Assembly (NCBI GenBank): GCA_964592195.1
Contig: CAZQEI010000001.1
Span: forward strand, 52,885-113,007
Length of the DNA: 60,123 bases
Source of the DNA: an uncultured Gammaproteobacteria bacterium
Lineage (GTDB): Bacteria; Patescibacteriota; Patescibacteriia; UBA11705
Direction: 5' to 3'
Numbering within the stretch: position 1 is the stretch's first letter; each line of letters begins with the position of its first letter. Both the position numbers and the translations under genes were made by a program. The notes beneath the pieces were generated by a model that ran no database searches, was not told the DNA's origin, and worked only from the letters and a program-made list of their open reading frames with translations. This document shows positions 28,734-38,539 of this stretch, one piece after another.

Positions 28734-30509
28734 CTATTCGATTTTCTCCCTCACCAACATCCCATCCCGCATACCGGTAACATACAACTTGCCGCCAGCG
28801 ACTTCAGTATTTAAAACTTTATCAAAATAGTGATGTGTATTTCCGAGGTTAGAATCATATACACCAATAGGATTATCAGAACTGGGCAACTCGCTTTCAC
28901 CAATATAATAATTTTGACCATCGACATCGATAAACTGCATGTTTTTCAAATGCGTCCAATTACCATCGGACATATCGATTGCCATAGTTGTATCAAATAA
29001 ACAATATATCGCCACCATTAATCCATTCTGCTTCAATAATTTTACAGCATTGCCAGCCATGGGATTCTGATGATTAACTGCTCGTTGAGAAGCTGACGTC
29101 AAAACCATCGCGACCTGCCCATCCTCTTGGTATATGTTATAACCAGACAAAAAATATGCTTTACCATCCAACTCAAATATTTTCTTTATGGTTGGAGGAA
29201 CATTGATTTGATTTCCTAGATTATCCACTATTTTATTATCAGTGCCAATTAACAATGTTATAAAAGTCTTACCTGCGGCACGACCAACTTTTACAATATT
29301 TTCACCTTTTTTAAATGGCCCTGCAAGTAACTGACCATCATGATCATATAAATAGTCCTGACCATTTATTTTTTTAATTAAATACACATCATTGTCAAGG
29401 CCAGTTACCGTAAAATCAAACTCTCCCGGTAAACGACCAGCTTCATTGAAAAAATCAATTTTTGTCTTTCCCCAGGATCTTCTTTTTGCTCCGTAAAAAT
29501 AATGGCCGTCTATTTTATCAAATATAATATTAGGACTTGTCCCAGAATATCTTACAGCTTCTCCAGTGTGAAAATAAAACTTTGTAATATCATCCTGGCC
29601 CACTCCATCCTTGATAAATCCTTCCCATGAATCATGAAATAATCTATCCTTCCTTTTCTCAAAAACTGAGCCATCTATTTTTGTAGTTTTATCTTTTGTA
29701 ACTAATAGATAATCGTATCCAAATCTTGTTTTTTTTGAAACTAAAGCGCGCCATTCATTATTAAATTTTCGAAGACCTGAAACAATATATTCACTTCCTC
29801 CCATTGTAAAACCCGAAAATGACTGAAGTTTATTTGCAATATTACCAATTTTTTCACGTTCCCAATAGTGAACCACCATATCATTGTCAGTGCAAACAAT
29901 CCCGTCCACAGCGGAAACACTATCAACCGGTATTTCGAGCTTGAGTCCGTTTTTACCAACTACAATCAATTGTTCTCTTTCATTAATACAAAAACCGTCT
30001 CCGACCTGTATTATACTCTTCATCTTTTCTGCTGGTAAAAAAACGTGACAATTATTACCAATGGAAAAAATTTCAATGCTGCCTTTACCCTTATTACTGT
30101 TCGATTTTTTTAGAATTAATTTTCGTTCTTTTCCATTAGCATCTTTTTTTGCGGAATTGATTTCAAATGGGCCTAAAACTTCATTCCCATTGTCATCAAA
30201 TATACAAACATCTTCGTTAGCATTTGAAAAGACATAAAACGCCCTTTTACCATCGTCAATTTTTGAATCAAATTTCATGCCTTCATCAAGGTCAACTTCA
30301 AACGGAGGCAGCGAATTCTCTTTTTCCTCCGCAAAATATATTTGACTCAAATCTTCCACCAATGCTAACACCAATTTAATATATTCAGGATCAGCCTCTT
30401 CCGGTCTTTCCGGCTTTTTCAAATCATGTAATTGACCCAAAACCTCAGCCGCGGAAAGATCTTTTTCGCGGGAACCGGGTGAAGTTAGTTTGTTTTCAAA
30501 ATGAAGCAT
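28734..30509 (-). CDS. large hypothetical protein, paralog 3 of 3
   Basis: 591 aa; same conserved termini. Confidence 0.85.
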   Translation of the reverse strand: MLHFENKLTSPGSREKDLSAAEVLGQLHDLKKPERPEEADPEYIKLVLALVEDLSQIYFAEEKENSLPPFEVDLDEGMKFDSKIDDGKRAFYVFSNANEDVCIFDDNGNEVLGPFEINSAKKDANGKERKLILKKSNSNKGKGSIEIFSIGNNCHVFLPAEKMKSIIQVGDGFCINEREQLIVVGKNGLKLEIPVDSVSAVDGIVCTDNDMVVHYWEREKIGNIANKLQSFSGFTMGGSEYIVSGLRKFNNEWRALVSKKTRFGYDYLLVTKDKTTKIDGSVFEKRKDRLFHDSWEGFIKDGVGQDDITKFYFHTGEAVRYSGTSPNIIFDKIDGHYFYGAKRRSWGKTKIDFFNEAGRLPGEFDFTVTGLDNDVYLIKKINGQDYLYDHDGQLLAGPFKKGENIVKVGRAAGKTFITLLIGTDNKIVDNLGNQINVPPTIKKIFELDGKAYFLSGYNIYQEDGQVAMVLTSASQRAVNHQNPMAGNAVKLLKQNGLMVAIYCLFDTTMAIDMSDGNWTHLKNMQFIDVDGQNYYIGESELPSSDNPIGVYDSNLGNTHHYFDKVLNTEVAGGKLYVTGMRDGMLVREKIE

Positions 30510-30719
30510 GGAACAAGATTAGATTATAGTTGAAAGATTATAGAACTCACCACACCTCTTTCCTCGCGAATGCGGGGATCTATGTTTATTGTGGTGAGTA
30601 AAAAAACTCTGAGGCCCCGGATCAATTGACACAATAGGTGGTCCGGGGAAACGGATAAAGGGACTTGTTTTTCCCGCAAGGTGGGGTCTCGCTTCGCGAG
30701 ACTTTATTGTTTTCTTGCT

Positions 30720-31658
30720 TTATTGCTTTCTTGTTTTCTTTCTCTTATATACCTTAACCGAATAATCAATAATCGCACCGGCGATGTCACGTTGAGTCGC
30801 CAATGAAATACCTTCTAATCCTGGATTGGAATTAACTTCGAGAATTTTCGGACCTTCGTTGGTGCGAATAACATCAACACCGGCGAAATCCAAATCGCAA
30901 GCTGCAATAGCATCAAAAGACACGCGTTTTTCTCGTTCAGTCATTTCCGCCACGCGGACACGACCACCCAAATGGAAATTAGAGCGGAACTCGCCACGTC
31001 TTTGTGCAATTCTCTCCATGGCTCCCACAATCTTTTTACCCACAATAAATACGCGAACATCCTTACCACTCGATTCCTTCACGTATTCTTGAACTAACAA
31101 AGGTTGTGCGGCAGAAGCATCTTTGGTTAACATTTCCACCACTGATTTCAAACCACGACGACTTTCCACAATGGAAACTCCTCGTCCATGAGAACCGGAA
31201 ACTGATTTTAAGATCATGGGAAATGAACCGATTTGATTAATTATTTCATCTAAATATTCAGAGTGCGTAATAACAAAAGTTTTCGGCACAGGAACGTTAT
31301 TTTTCAATAAAACTTGAAGGGTACGCAATTTATTTTTCGCTCTCATTACCGGTAATTCTTTGTTGATCACCGTAACACCCAAATTTTCAAATTGTTTAAT
31401 CAAAGTACTGCGATACATCAAATTTTCACCCGCCGCATTAGCTTGAACAATTAACAATTTAATATCTTTCAATTTATGATTTTTCATAAACAAGCCCGGT
31501 TTTGAGCCGAACTCCATATGACACTCATAATCATAAACCACAGCCACTTCATGTCCTCTGGCCTCGGCTGATTTTGTTAATAACTCTAAGTTTTTTCCCG
31601 TTACCGGGCCAAGTCGTCCTGGGCGACCGAAGACTAAAATGTGTATTTTCATATTCAT
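30720..31658 (-). CDS. rimK: RimK-family ATP-grasp alpha-L-glutamate ligase
   Basis: VPVPKT, GSHGRGV, VQEYV, D.RVFIVG, FRSNFHLGG, AGVD, LEVNSNPG. Confidence 0.88.
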   Translation of the reverse strand: MNMKIHILVFGRPGRLGPVTGKNLELLTKSAEARGHEVAVVYDYECHMEFGSKPGLFMKNHKLKDIKLLIVQANAAGENLMYRSTLIKQFENLGVTVINKELPVMRAKNKLRTLQVLLKNNVPVPKTFVITHSEYLDEIINQIGSFPMILKSVSGSHGRGVSIVESRRGLKSVVEMLTKDASAAQPLLVQEYVKESSGKDVRVFIVGKKIVGAMERIAQRRGEFRSNFHLGGRVRVAEMTEREKRVSFDAIAACDLDFAGVDVIRTNEGPKILEVNSNPGLEGISLATQRDIAGAIIDYSVKVYKRKKTRKQ

Positions 31659-31744
31659 TGCGAATTTTCGAATTTGTTACGAATATTTTCGAATTACCAT
31701 TACAATAATTCGTACACATTCGAAATTGATTCGGACATTCGTAA

Positions 31745-32482
31745 TTATCTAAAGATGGTTTTTAATGATTGAGATAATATATTTATAATGGAATCGATTT
31801 GTTCTTTGGTGTTTTTCAATTCTTTAGTTATTTCCAACTGAATAGCATAGTCATTCCGTCCGTTGAACTTGTGAAACTGGACACCGATACGCCGGCTCCA
31901 CGCAGGAAAATTTTCGCCTAATCCAATCGGCAAGTTATATTCTTTCAAGGTTAACGGTTCAACCACGCGCTTAATCATTTTCAAATATTTAATCGGCAAA
32001 GTTGGGACACCAGTACTTACGTCACATTCATAACTGCCTTGAAATCGCATATTACGTTTTTTCGATCGCAAGCCGGTTCCGAAATCAAAGGCAATCTTGT
32101 CATATTTCATACCATGCAAATAAATGGCGACTGCCTTACCTTCGTGACTTTTTAACTTGGCTTCATCACAATACTCTGCAATATCCTGATAAAAAACTTT
32201 CATGGCTGGTTTCTTTTTTCGCCAAAAGTGTCGTTGGTGTTTATTGCTCCATGACAAACGGTTGAAATCTTCTGCAAACTCTGGAGACTGGACAGCCTTT
32301 TTATTTGTTTCTTTGTAAAATTTATTATTAACGATCACTGAGCCATGCAATCTTCTGCCCAACAATCGGGCAATGTAGGCAGTTCTCAAATCATCCCCCG
32401 CGGCATGCGGAGCAATGACGACAAAATTGGAACGACCACGGATTTTATATCCATAATCAGTATTTTCTCGTACTCGAACCAT
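31745..32482 (-). CDS. putative Zn-dependent amidohydrolase/peptidase-fold protein
   Basis: APHAAGDD, YLHG, IQLEI spacing resembles poly-glutamate hydrolase / N-formylglutamate amidohydrolase folds. Confidence 0.5.
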   Translation of the reverse strand: MVRVRENTDYGYKIRGRSNFVVIAPHAAGDDLRTAYIARLLGRRLHGSVIVNNKFYKETNKKAVQSPEFAEDFNRLSWSNKHQRHFWRKKKPAMKVFYQDIAEYCDEAKLKSHEGKAVAIYLHGMKYDKIAFDFGTGLRSKKRNMRFQGSYECDVSTGVPTLPIKYLKMIKRVVEPLTLKEYNLPIGLGENFPAWSRRIGVQFHKFNGRNDYAIQLEITKELKNTKEQIDSIINILSQSLKTIFR

Positions 32483-32495
32483 ATTATTTTTTTAT

Positions 32496-32658
32496 GAGGA
32501 AGCTCTGAAAAATGTTTATTACAACGAGCCTTTAACAATTTTTCAAACGAAAATCGTTAAAATTGAGGAAGCTTATTGGTAATAAGCTGACGAAATTTTG
32601 ACGATTTGCAGTTAAAATTTTAAAGGCGCAGATGAAAAACATTTTTCAGGGCTTCCTC
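32496..32658. mobile_element. MITE copy 2 (163 bp), supplies the ruvC stop codon
   Basis: TIRs GAGGAAGCTCTGAAAAATGTTT / AAACATTTTTCAGGGCTTCCTC; internal hairpin AGCTTATT-GGT-AATAAGCT. Confidence 0.8.
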
Positions 32659-33140
32659 TGATATTTTAATAAACGATAGCTACCAGCGGCGCAGAACGCC
32701 ACGGCCAACGCATCAGCCGCGTCATCTGGCTTTGGAATTTTTTCCAGGTTAAAAATCATCTTTACCATTTGTTGTACTTGCTTCTTGTCTGCTTTGCCAT
32801 AACCGGAAATGGCTTGTTTGATTTGCAATGGAGTAAATTCTAAGAAGGGTAATTTGTTAAGCCTCAGTGTTAACAACACCACTCCGCGTGCTTGACCGAC
32901 ATTTAACGCAGTTTTCACATTGGCACAGAAAAATAATTCTTCAACCCCCACCAAATCAGGTTTATATTTCTTTATAATTTTCGTTAACTCAATATGCAAA
33001 TACTCCAACCGATGAGAAAAATTTAAATCTTTATCGGTTTCCAAACAACCATAAGCCTTCATTTTCACGCAACTGCCGGTAGATTCAATCACTCCCCAAC
33101 CAGTGCGAGCAAAACCTGGGTCGATGCCGAGTATAATCAT
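32646..33140 (-). CDS. ruvC: Holliday junction resolvase RuvC
   Basis: ILGIDPG, EELFF, QARGV, PDDAADALAVA. Confidence 0.96.
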   Translation of the reverse strand: MIILGIDPGFARTGWGVIESTGSCVKMKAYGCLETDKDLNFSHRLEYLHIELTKIIKKYKPDLVGVEELFFCANVKTALNVGQARGVVLLTLRLNKLPFLEFTPLQIKQAISGYGKADKKQVQQMVKMIFNLEKIPKPDDAADALAVAFCAAGSYRLLKYQRKP

Positions 33141-33340
33141 ATAATCAAAAATAAACTGTTAGAGAGAATTCCGCCAGAGGCGGATCCGCCTTCGGCGAAA
33201 AAGGGAGAACAAGAGAATAAATACATTAGTTACTTCAGAGATTGCCACGTCCCGCTTTGCGGGACTCGCAAAAGAGGCTAAACTTTATTACTATCCGTAA
33301 CACATCCGTAAAATCCGTATGTATCCGTATATCCGTAACA

Positions 33341-34060
33341 TTAAACCTCGGCATTCGTATAATAATCTGAAACATCGTCGTTCTCTTCGAACGCCTCGAA
33401 CAAGTTAGCCACTTTTTCTTTGGCCTCATCGCTGATCTTAGTTGGCTCCTTGGGGATCCATTCCATGGCCGCGGATAAAGTTTTGATGCCTTTGGCTTCT
33501 AAGGCTTTATTTAGAACAGGAAAATTTTCAAAAGTGGTGTAAACAATCAAATTGTCTTCATCTTCCTCCACATCATTAGCACCCATATCAATCAATTCCA
33601 ATTCAAAAGTATCTTTGTCTTGATATTGATCATGGGCAATGCAAATTACACCTTTATATTCAAACATCCATTTAACAGCATTCGGACCGGCCAAAGAACC
33701 GCCGGCATGATCGAATAAATGCTTCATATCAGCGGACGTTCGATTGCGATTATCTGTGGCAGTGACAACTAAAATAGCTGTTCCCGCCGGACCAAAACCT
33801 TCGTAGATAACTTCTTCCATCGGCGCTCCACCGTCAGTACCGGCACCGCGCGCAATGGCACGTTCTATATTATCCTTTGGCATGTTGGAAGCCTTAGCCT
33901 TACCCACTGCCAACCGTAATTTAAAGTTGGTTTCCAAATCAGCGCCACCTTTGGCCGCAATGATGATGGTTTTAATGATCTTCGAGAACTCATTTGACCG
34001 CTTTTGATCAGCCACGCCTTTTTTACCGGCGATTTTGCTCCATTTGTTGTGTCCTGACAT
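33341..34060 (-). CDS. yebC: YebC/PmpR-family protein
   Basis: MSGHNKWSKI, MPKDNIERAI, YEGFGP, TDNRNRT; adjacent to ruvC. Confidence 0.95.
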   Translation of the reverse strand: MSGHNKWSKIAGKKGVADQKRSNEFSKIIKTIIIAAKGGADLETNFKLRLAVGKAKASNMPKDNIERAIARGAGTDGGAPMEEVIYEGFGPAGTAILVVTATDNRNRTSADMKHLFDHAGGSLAGPNAVKWMFEYKGVICIAHDQYQDKDTFELELIDMGANDVEEDEDNLIVYTTFENFPVLNKALEAKGIKTLSAAMEWIPKEPTKISDEAKEKVANLFEAFEENDDVSDYYTNAEV

Positions 34061-34331
34061 ACATTTTACGCTTATGAATTTTGCGTATAAAACCGAAAAA
34101 TAAATCCTTGAACTTAGGAATATTTTAAAGTCATATTACAGAGAGAAATGTATCATTTTTTTAAGTAAAAATCAAGCGAATGGAGCACGTAACATGGAAC
34201 ATGGAACATGAAGCAAAACACACATAAAATTATCTATCAATATCATCCGTAATTATCCGTAATATCAGTAATTATCGGTATATCCGTAATATAAAACCGC
34301 CCGGATTTCCGAGCGGCGGTGCGAACATAAT

Positions 34332-34610
34332 TTATTCTTTATGTTCCTTCATCTTTTGCCTCAACTCTGATCTTTCAAACATTTTTCTCAAAGCTAAATA
34401 ATGTAACATTTCCAACAAACCATAAGTGAGAATCGATATCCGAACTAATCCCCAATCCACGCTTTTCTCTATCTTAAAATCAAAATATCCAAAAACCATA
34501 AACACAATAAAGACAACAATCAAAAAGGTGAACTGATAATCGCTGGCTTTCAGCCGAATCAGCAATTTTTCCTCATCAGTCAGAACTACACTTGGCTTAC
34601 TTTTTGTCAT
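34332..34610 (-). CDS. small 2-TM protein
   Basis: ATG 34610 with AAGGAG SD; LTDEEK resembles LTPDEEQ in the neighbour. Confidence 0.65.
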   Translation of the reverse strand: MTKSKPSVVLTDEEKLLIRLKASDYQFTFLIVVFIVFMVFGYFDFKIEKSVDWGLVRISILTYGLLEMLHYLALRKMFERSELRQKMKEHKE

Positions 34611-34899
34611 TTTTAACTCCTTGTCCTGGGTTTGTTCGAACACAATGCATGTAGTTAATCAAATATGCAACATAGAACAACAACTGTCCAGCCAGTAGAA
34701 ATCCAAAACTAAATTTGCTATGTAAACATTCCCAAAAATCAACTGCGTGATAGCTTTCCCACAATGACGCAATGATCCACAACCATAAATATATACAAAT
34801 TTGCTTCATGCAACCGTTATAAACATACTGTTCTTCGTCTGGTGTTAACGCTCGATATTTCTTGTGTAACCGTTTAACAAACCTAGCGTGCAGTCCCAT
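34597..34899 (-). CDS. small 2-TM protein
   Basis: AAGGAG SD. Confidence 0.65.
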   Translation of the reverse strand: MGLHARFVKRLHKKYRALTPDEEQYVYNGCMKQICIYLWLWIIASLWESYHAVDFWECLHSKFSFGFLLAGQLLFYVAYLINYMHCVRTNPGQGVKNDKK

Positions 34900-34917
34900 T
34901 GTATCTCCTTTTTGATG

Positions 34918-35442
34918 TTAATAGCTTCTGCTGCCTCTTGGCCAATCTCTCTGATAATGATGGCCACCTTTGTAAAATTTCCATTTAATGCGACGAACAT
35001 CGTAAGCTTCAGTGTAATCTCTTGGTAACCAATATTTTTTCGGATCAGAATAATACGACACATCTGGAAATTCAAAATATATCTGCTGAGAACAAAAATA
35101 CGGATGATTACCTCTTTTTCTCAAGACTTCAGTAGAATTTTTCAGATTCCACATTTTCAAAGCAAAGGATTTATCACCTGCCCATTTTAACAAGTTTAAC
35201 ACATCAATGCCTGATCCCGGTAAAAAAACATCTTCGAAATGACTGAATTCATGCAATTGATCAAATTGAATAGTTTTAATCGATGGGTACTCAGTTTTTG
35301 GTAAGTCAACTTTCGATTTTTCTACTTTCACAACCCCTTTTTTACAATAGTTTGGCGATTCCATAAACTCCACAACAACTATACAAAGAACAATAATAAT
35401 AGGTATTCCAATTATTCCAAAAAAAAACCACAGAATAATCAT
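34918..35442 (-). CDS. hypothetical protein with N-terminal TM
   Basis: ATG 35442 with GGGAGG SD. Confidence 0.7.
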   Translation of the reverse strand: MIILWFFFGIIGIPIIIVLCIVVVEFMESPNYCKKGVVKVEKSKVDLPKTEYPSIKTIQFDQLHEFSHFEDVFLPGSGIDVLNLLKWAGDKSFALKMWNLKNSTEVLRKRGNHPYFCSQQIYFEFPDVSYYSDPKKYWLPRDYTEAYDVRRIKWKFYKGGHHYQRDWPRGSRSY

Positions 35443-35483
35443 TTTTCCCCTCCCTGCTTTGTTTGCCTGCCTGCGCAGGCAGG

Positions 35484-35545
35484 TTGTCAACGAACCATCC
35501 CCACTCTGGACCACCCATTATATCAATCTTTTGTCACTTTGTCAA
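35484..35545 (-). promoter_or_regulatory. consensus sigma70 promoter plus boxA-like motif
   Basis: TTGACA-17-TATAAT, then GTTCGTTGACAA (35495-35484). Confidence 0.75.
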
Positions 35546-35654
35546 TACATCAAGACACTATATTTATTTAAAATTAGATTAAAATTAGTATTTTGTGCTA
35601 TATTATTGACACAAATAGCGATTTTTGCTAAAATAGAATTATAATACAAAACCT

Positions 35655-36440
35655 ATGGATAAAAACTTCAGTTCAATTTTAAAAGATCTTGGATTATCTA
35701 ATGATGAAGCTCGAGTTTACGAAGCGATTCTTGAATTGGGACAATCAGTGGTAACCCCGATCGCCTCTTTGGCCAAAGTTAACCGAACAACCTGCTACAA
35801 CATTCTCGAAACCTTGGTGCAAAAAAAAATGGTAAGCAAAGCGCGTTACCATGGAAAATTATCTTACAATGTTGATGACCCGATGCGGTTAATTAGCAAT
35901 CTGGAAGAACAAAAAAAGAACTTAGAATTAACTTTACAAAAAGCCAGACTACTCGAACCGGAGTTAGCTCGCCGCTATGCGCAAAAATATACTAAACCAA
36001 TTATTCGTTATGTTGAAGGCTTTGAAGGTATTATTGAACTCTATGAAGACAGTTTACGTTGCGTGAATAAAGAAGAAGGTTTGCGCGCCTACACTTCACT
36101 TCGCGATTTAAGACAAGAGCTTGGCGATTACCCAGATAAATATTTTGCCGAGAGAACCAAGCGTGGCATTCCCATCCGCTCCATGGTACCGGATACTGAA
36201 TATGGGAAGGAAGTTAAACGATTAGAAAAAGAATTTATCCGCCAAGTCCGATTATTGCCAAAAGAAAGATTTGATTTTTCACCGGAGATTTATTTATACG
36301 ATAATAAACTTTCCGTCATGTCATTCAAAGAAAAATTTGGCTTCCTACTTGAAAGCAAAGAGATTGTTGACGCTTTGAAAATTGCATGGGAATTGGCGTG
36401 GGAGAAGGCGGAGGAGTATGATAAAAATATTAAAGTATAA
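35655..36440 (+). CDS. TrmB-family HTH transcriptional regulator
   Basis: LGLS..EA.VY, RTTCY..LE.L, Y.EG.EGI, EIYLYDNK; architecture common in CPR. Confidence 0.85.
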   Translation: MDKNFSSILKDLGLSNDEARVYEAILELGQSVVTPIASLAKVNRTTCYNILETLVQKKMVSKARYHGKLSYNVDDPMRLISNLEEQKKNLELTLQKARLLEPELARRYAQKYTKPIIRYVEGFEGIIELYEDSLRCVNKEEGLRAYTSLRDLRQELGDYPDKYFAERTKRGIPIRSMVPDTEYGKEVKRLEKEFIRQVRLLPKERFDFSPEIYLYDNKLSVMSFKEKFGFLLESKEIVDALKIAWELAWEKAEEYDKNIKV

Positions 36441-36592
36441 ATAATATTAACCTTACCCACCACTTTAGTGGTGGAAGAAAAGCTTTCCTCCCCGAATTCC
36501 GCCTAAGGCGGATTATAAAGAATTCGGGGGTAAGAATATATATTATTGTTAAACTTGAAATTTAAAAAACTACGTTCTACGTAGTTTTATGT

Positions 36593-37105
36593 TTAACTAT
36601 TAATCGCCTCATTCAACTTCTTCACTCGACTGCGGAAACTGCGCATTTCACGTGCCGTAGCAAAACCCAGATTAAAGTCGCGTTCAATACCACCCTGGTC
36701 TGGATCATTGTATTTGAAATTAAACTCTTCGGTTACTAATCTTCTATTTGGATTTTGATAAGTGATAAATTGCGACCAACCTTGTTTGGCAGATATCCCA
36801 ACAACCGCCGCGCCTCTCATACACAATTCAACGCGTACCCAATCAACCGGCAAAGTAAATCGCATACCATGAGAAACAGTCAAAGCTTTCACCTTTAGAT
36901 CCAAATGATAAATGCGAAGGTCATCACCTTTTTCAGGTCTACAGTATTTAACCTTTACAGCCAGAATCTTAACAAAAATATTCAACGGCCTGGAAGAACC
37001 ATAACAAGATGATGGCCGACGATTCACCATATACAAACCAGGCTGAAAAACTTTTCGAATGTTTTCTAGGACATAGTCATATGGTTCGAGTTTGAACTTT
37101 GGCAT
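36593..37105 (-). CDS. hypothetical protein
   Basis: ATG 37105 with GCGGAG SD; promoter TTGCTT-17-TAACAT (37177-37149) and GTCCTTTTCACA (37141-37130). Confidence 0.65.
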   Translation of the reverse strand: MPKFKLEPYDYVLENIRKVFQPGLYMVNRRPSSCYGSSRPLNIFVKILAVKVKYCRPEKGDDLRIYHLDLKVKALTVSHGMRFTLPVDWVRVELCMRGAAVVGISAKQGWSQFITYQNPNRRLVTEEFNFKYNDPDQGGIERDFNLGFATAREMRSFRSRVKKLNEAINS

Positions 37106-37279
37106 TTGAACTCCGCGGGGTTGTTGGTCTGTGAAAAGGACTGAGTGAATGTTAACAAGAAAAAAGTAAGAAAGCAAGAAAACAATAAATCAACAAAGCA
37201 AAAAAGTAAAGCTTAATTAGAGATTGCTTCGTCACTCCGTTCCTCGCAAAAAAGAGCACTCTTCTGTCCCGAGGGGATC

Positions 37280-37299
37280 CCTGCCTGCCGGCAGGCAGG
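37280..37299. repeat. 20-bp palindrome CCTGCCTGCCGGCAGGCAGG
   Basis: Identical copy at 38738-38757; 18-bp variant at 35466-35483. Confidence 0.85.
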
Positions 37300-37525
37300 C
37301 CTTTGGGACAAATGAGGAAATGTTTTTATCCCGCAAATTTCATTTTTCATCTCCCCTTTATTCTCTTCATTCTCCTTATCTCTTTTCCGCCGAAGGCGGA
37401 TCCGCCTCTGGCGGAATTCTCTTTTCTCCACATCTCTTTATTCTCTTTCCCAATATGTGCATAAATACATTGCCAAATTTATTCTCATCTGGTAAGTTAT
37501 TATTAATCGAAACAAAATAAAAATT

Positions 37526-38539
37526 ATGTTTTCTTCTCCCCGTGAAAAATTCGACCTGTCGAACCTGCATGATGTGATCGCGGCTTTGCCAAATCAATTG
37601 GCCAAGGCCTGGGATTTTACGACAGCGAAATTTCCGGAACCGGTGAAGAAAATTTTTATTTTCGGAATGGGCGGATCTGCTCTTCCCGGTGATTTGGTGA
37701 AAAATATTTTAGACAACGGAACAGAAACTATTAATTTCAGCATCACCGTAGTGCGCGATTACAAATTACCTCGAGAATTCACCGCTGATTGCGGTGGCAT
37801 CTTCATTTCTTACTCTGGTAACACCGAAGAAACTGTCACTTGCGTCAATGAAGCCCTGGAAAAGAACTTCAAAAACATGATTATCATGGCCAGCGGTGGA
37901 AAATTGTTAGAAATGGCAAATGAAAAGAGAATCCCTTCAGTTACGATTCCGACTGACTGCTTACAACCGCGAATGGGCTATGGATATTTTGTCTCAGCCT
38001 TGTTAAAAGTATTTTATTTAAATAATTTAATCGCCGATCAAACTGCCGATATTACTGATGTAACTGAAAAATTAAATACTCAAATTTCTGAATTGGAAAC
38101 CCGAGCTGAAAAGTTAGCCGAGACTTTAAAACACTCAACACCTTTAGTCTATACTTTCGATTGCTGGAAATATATTGCCATGGTCATCAAAATTAATTTC
38201 AATGAAAACAGTAAGACCGAAAGTTTCTGGAATGTTTTCCCGGAATTAAATCATAATGAAATGGTGGGATTCACTCACGCTGTAGGAAAATATAAAATTC
38301 TTATATTTAATGACCCCGATGCCAATCCACATTTATTAAAACGCACAGAAGTATTTACCAAACTGCTGAAAGATAAACTGGAAATCGAAAACTTCACCAT
38401 GCCAACCGGTTCCGCATTATATAAAGCTTTCCACACCTTACTCTTTGGACTCTGGACCTCATATCACTTAGCCCTCATCAAAGGCATTGACCCAACCCCA
38501 GTTGACTTAGTGGAACAGTTCAAGAAAGACATTCAGTAA
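37526..38539 (+). CDS. bifunctional phosphoglucose/phosphomannose isomerase (SIS domains)
   Basis: GMGGSALPG, SYSGNTEET, QPRM, NENSK, FPELNHNE. Confidence 0.92.
   Translation: MFSSPREKFDLSNLHDVIAALPNQLAKAWDFTTAKFPEPVKKIFIFGMGGSALPGDLVKNILDNGTETINFSITVVRDYKLPREFTADCGGIFISYSGNTEETVTCVNEALEKNFKNMIIMASGGKLLEMANEKRIPSVTIPTDCLQPRMGYGYFVSALLKVFYLNNLIADQTADITDVTEKLNTQISELETRAEKLAETLKHSTPLVYTFDCWKYIAMVIKINFNENSKTESFWNVFPELNHNEMVGFTHAVGKYKILIFNDPDANPHLLKRTEVFTKLLKDKLEIENFTMPTGSALYKAFHTLLFGLWTSYHLALIKGIDPTPVDLVEQFKKDIQ

Noticed and set aside
24901-30509. Diversity-generating retroelement targets
   Set aside because: No reverse transcriptase, and differences between the conserved ends are not adenine-specific
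37213-37597. Short ORFs 37213-37431, 37224-37520, 37376-37597 (also 33235-33429, 38585-38848, 24662-24994)
   Set aside because: They are translations of palindromic repeats (PACRQAG, SAEGGSASGG, PPEADPP) with no coding signal
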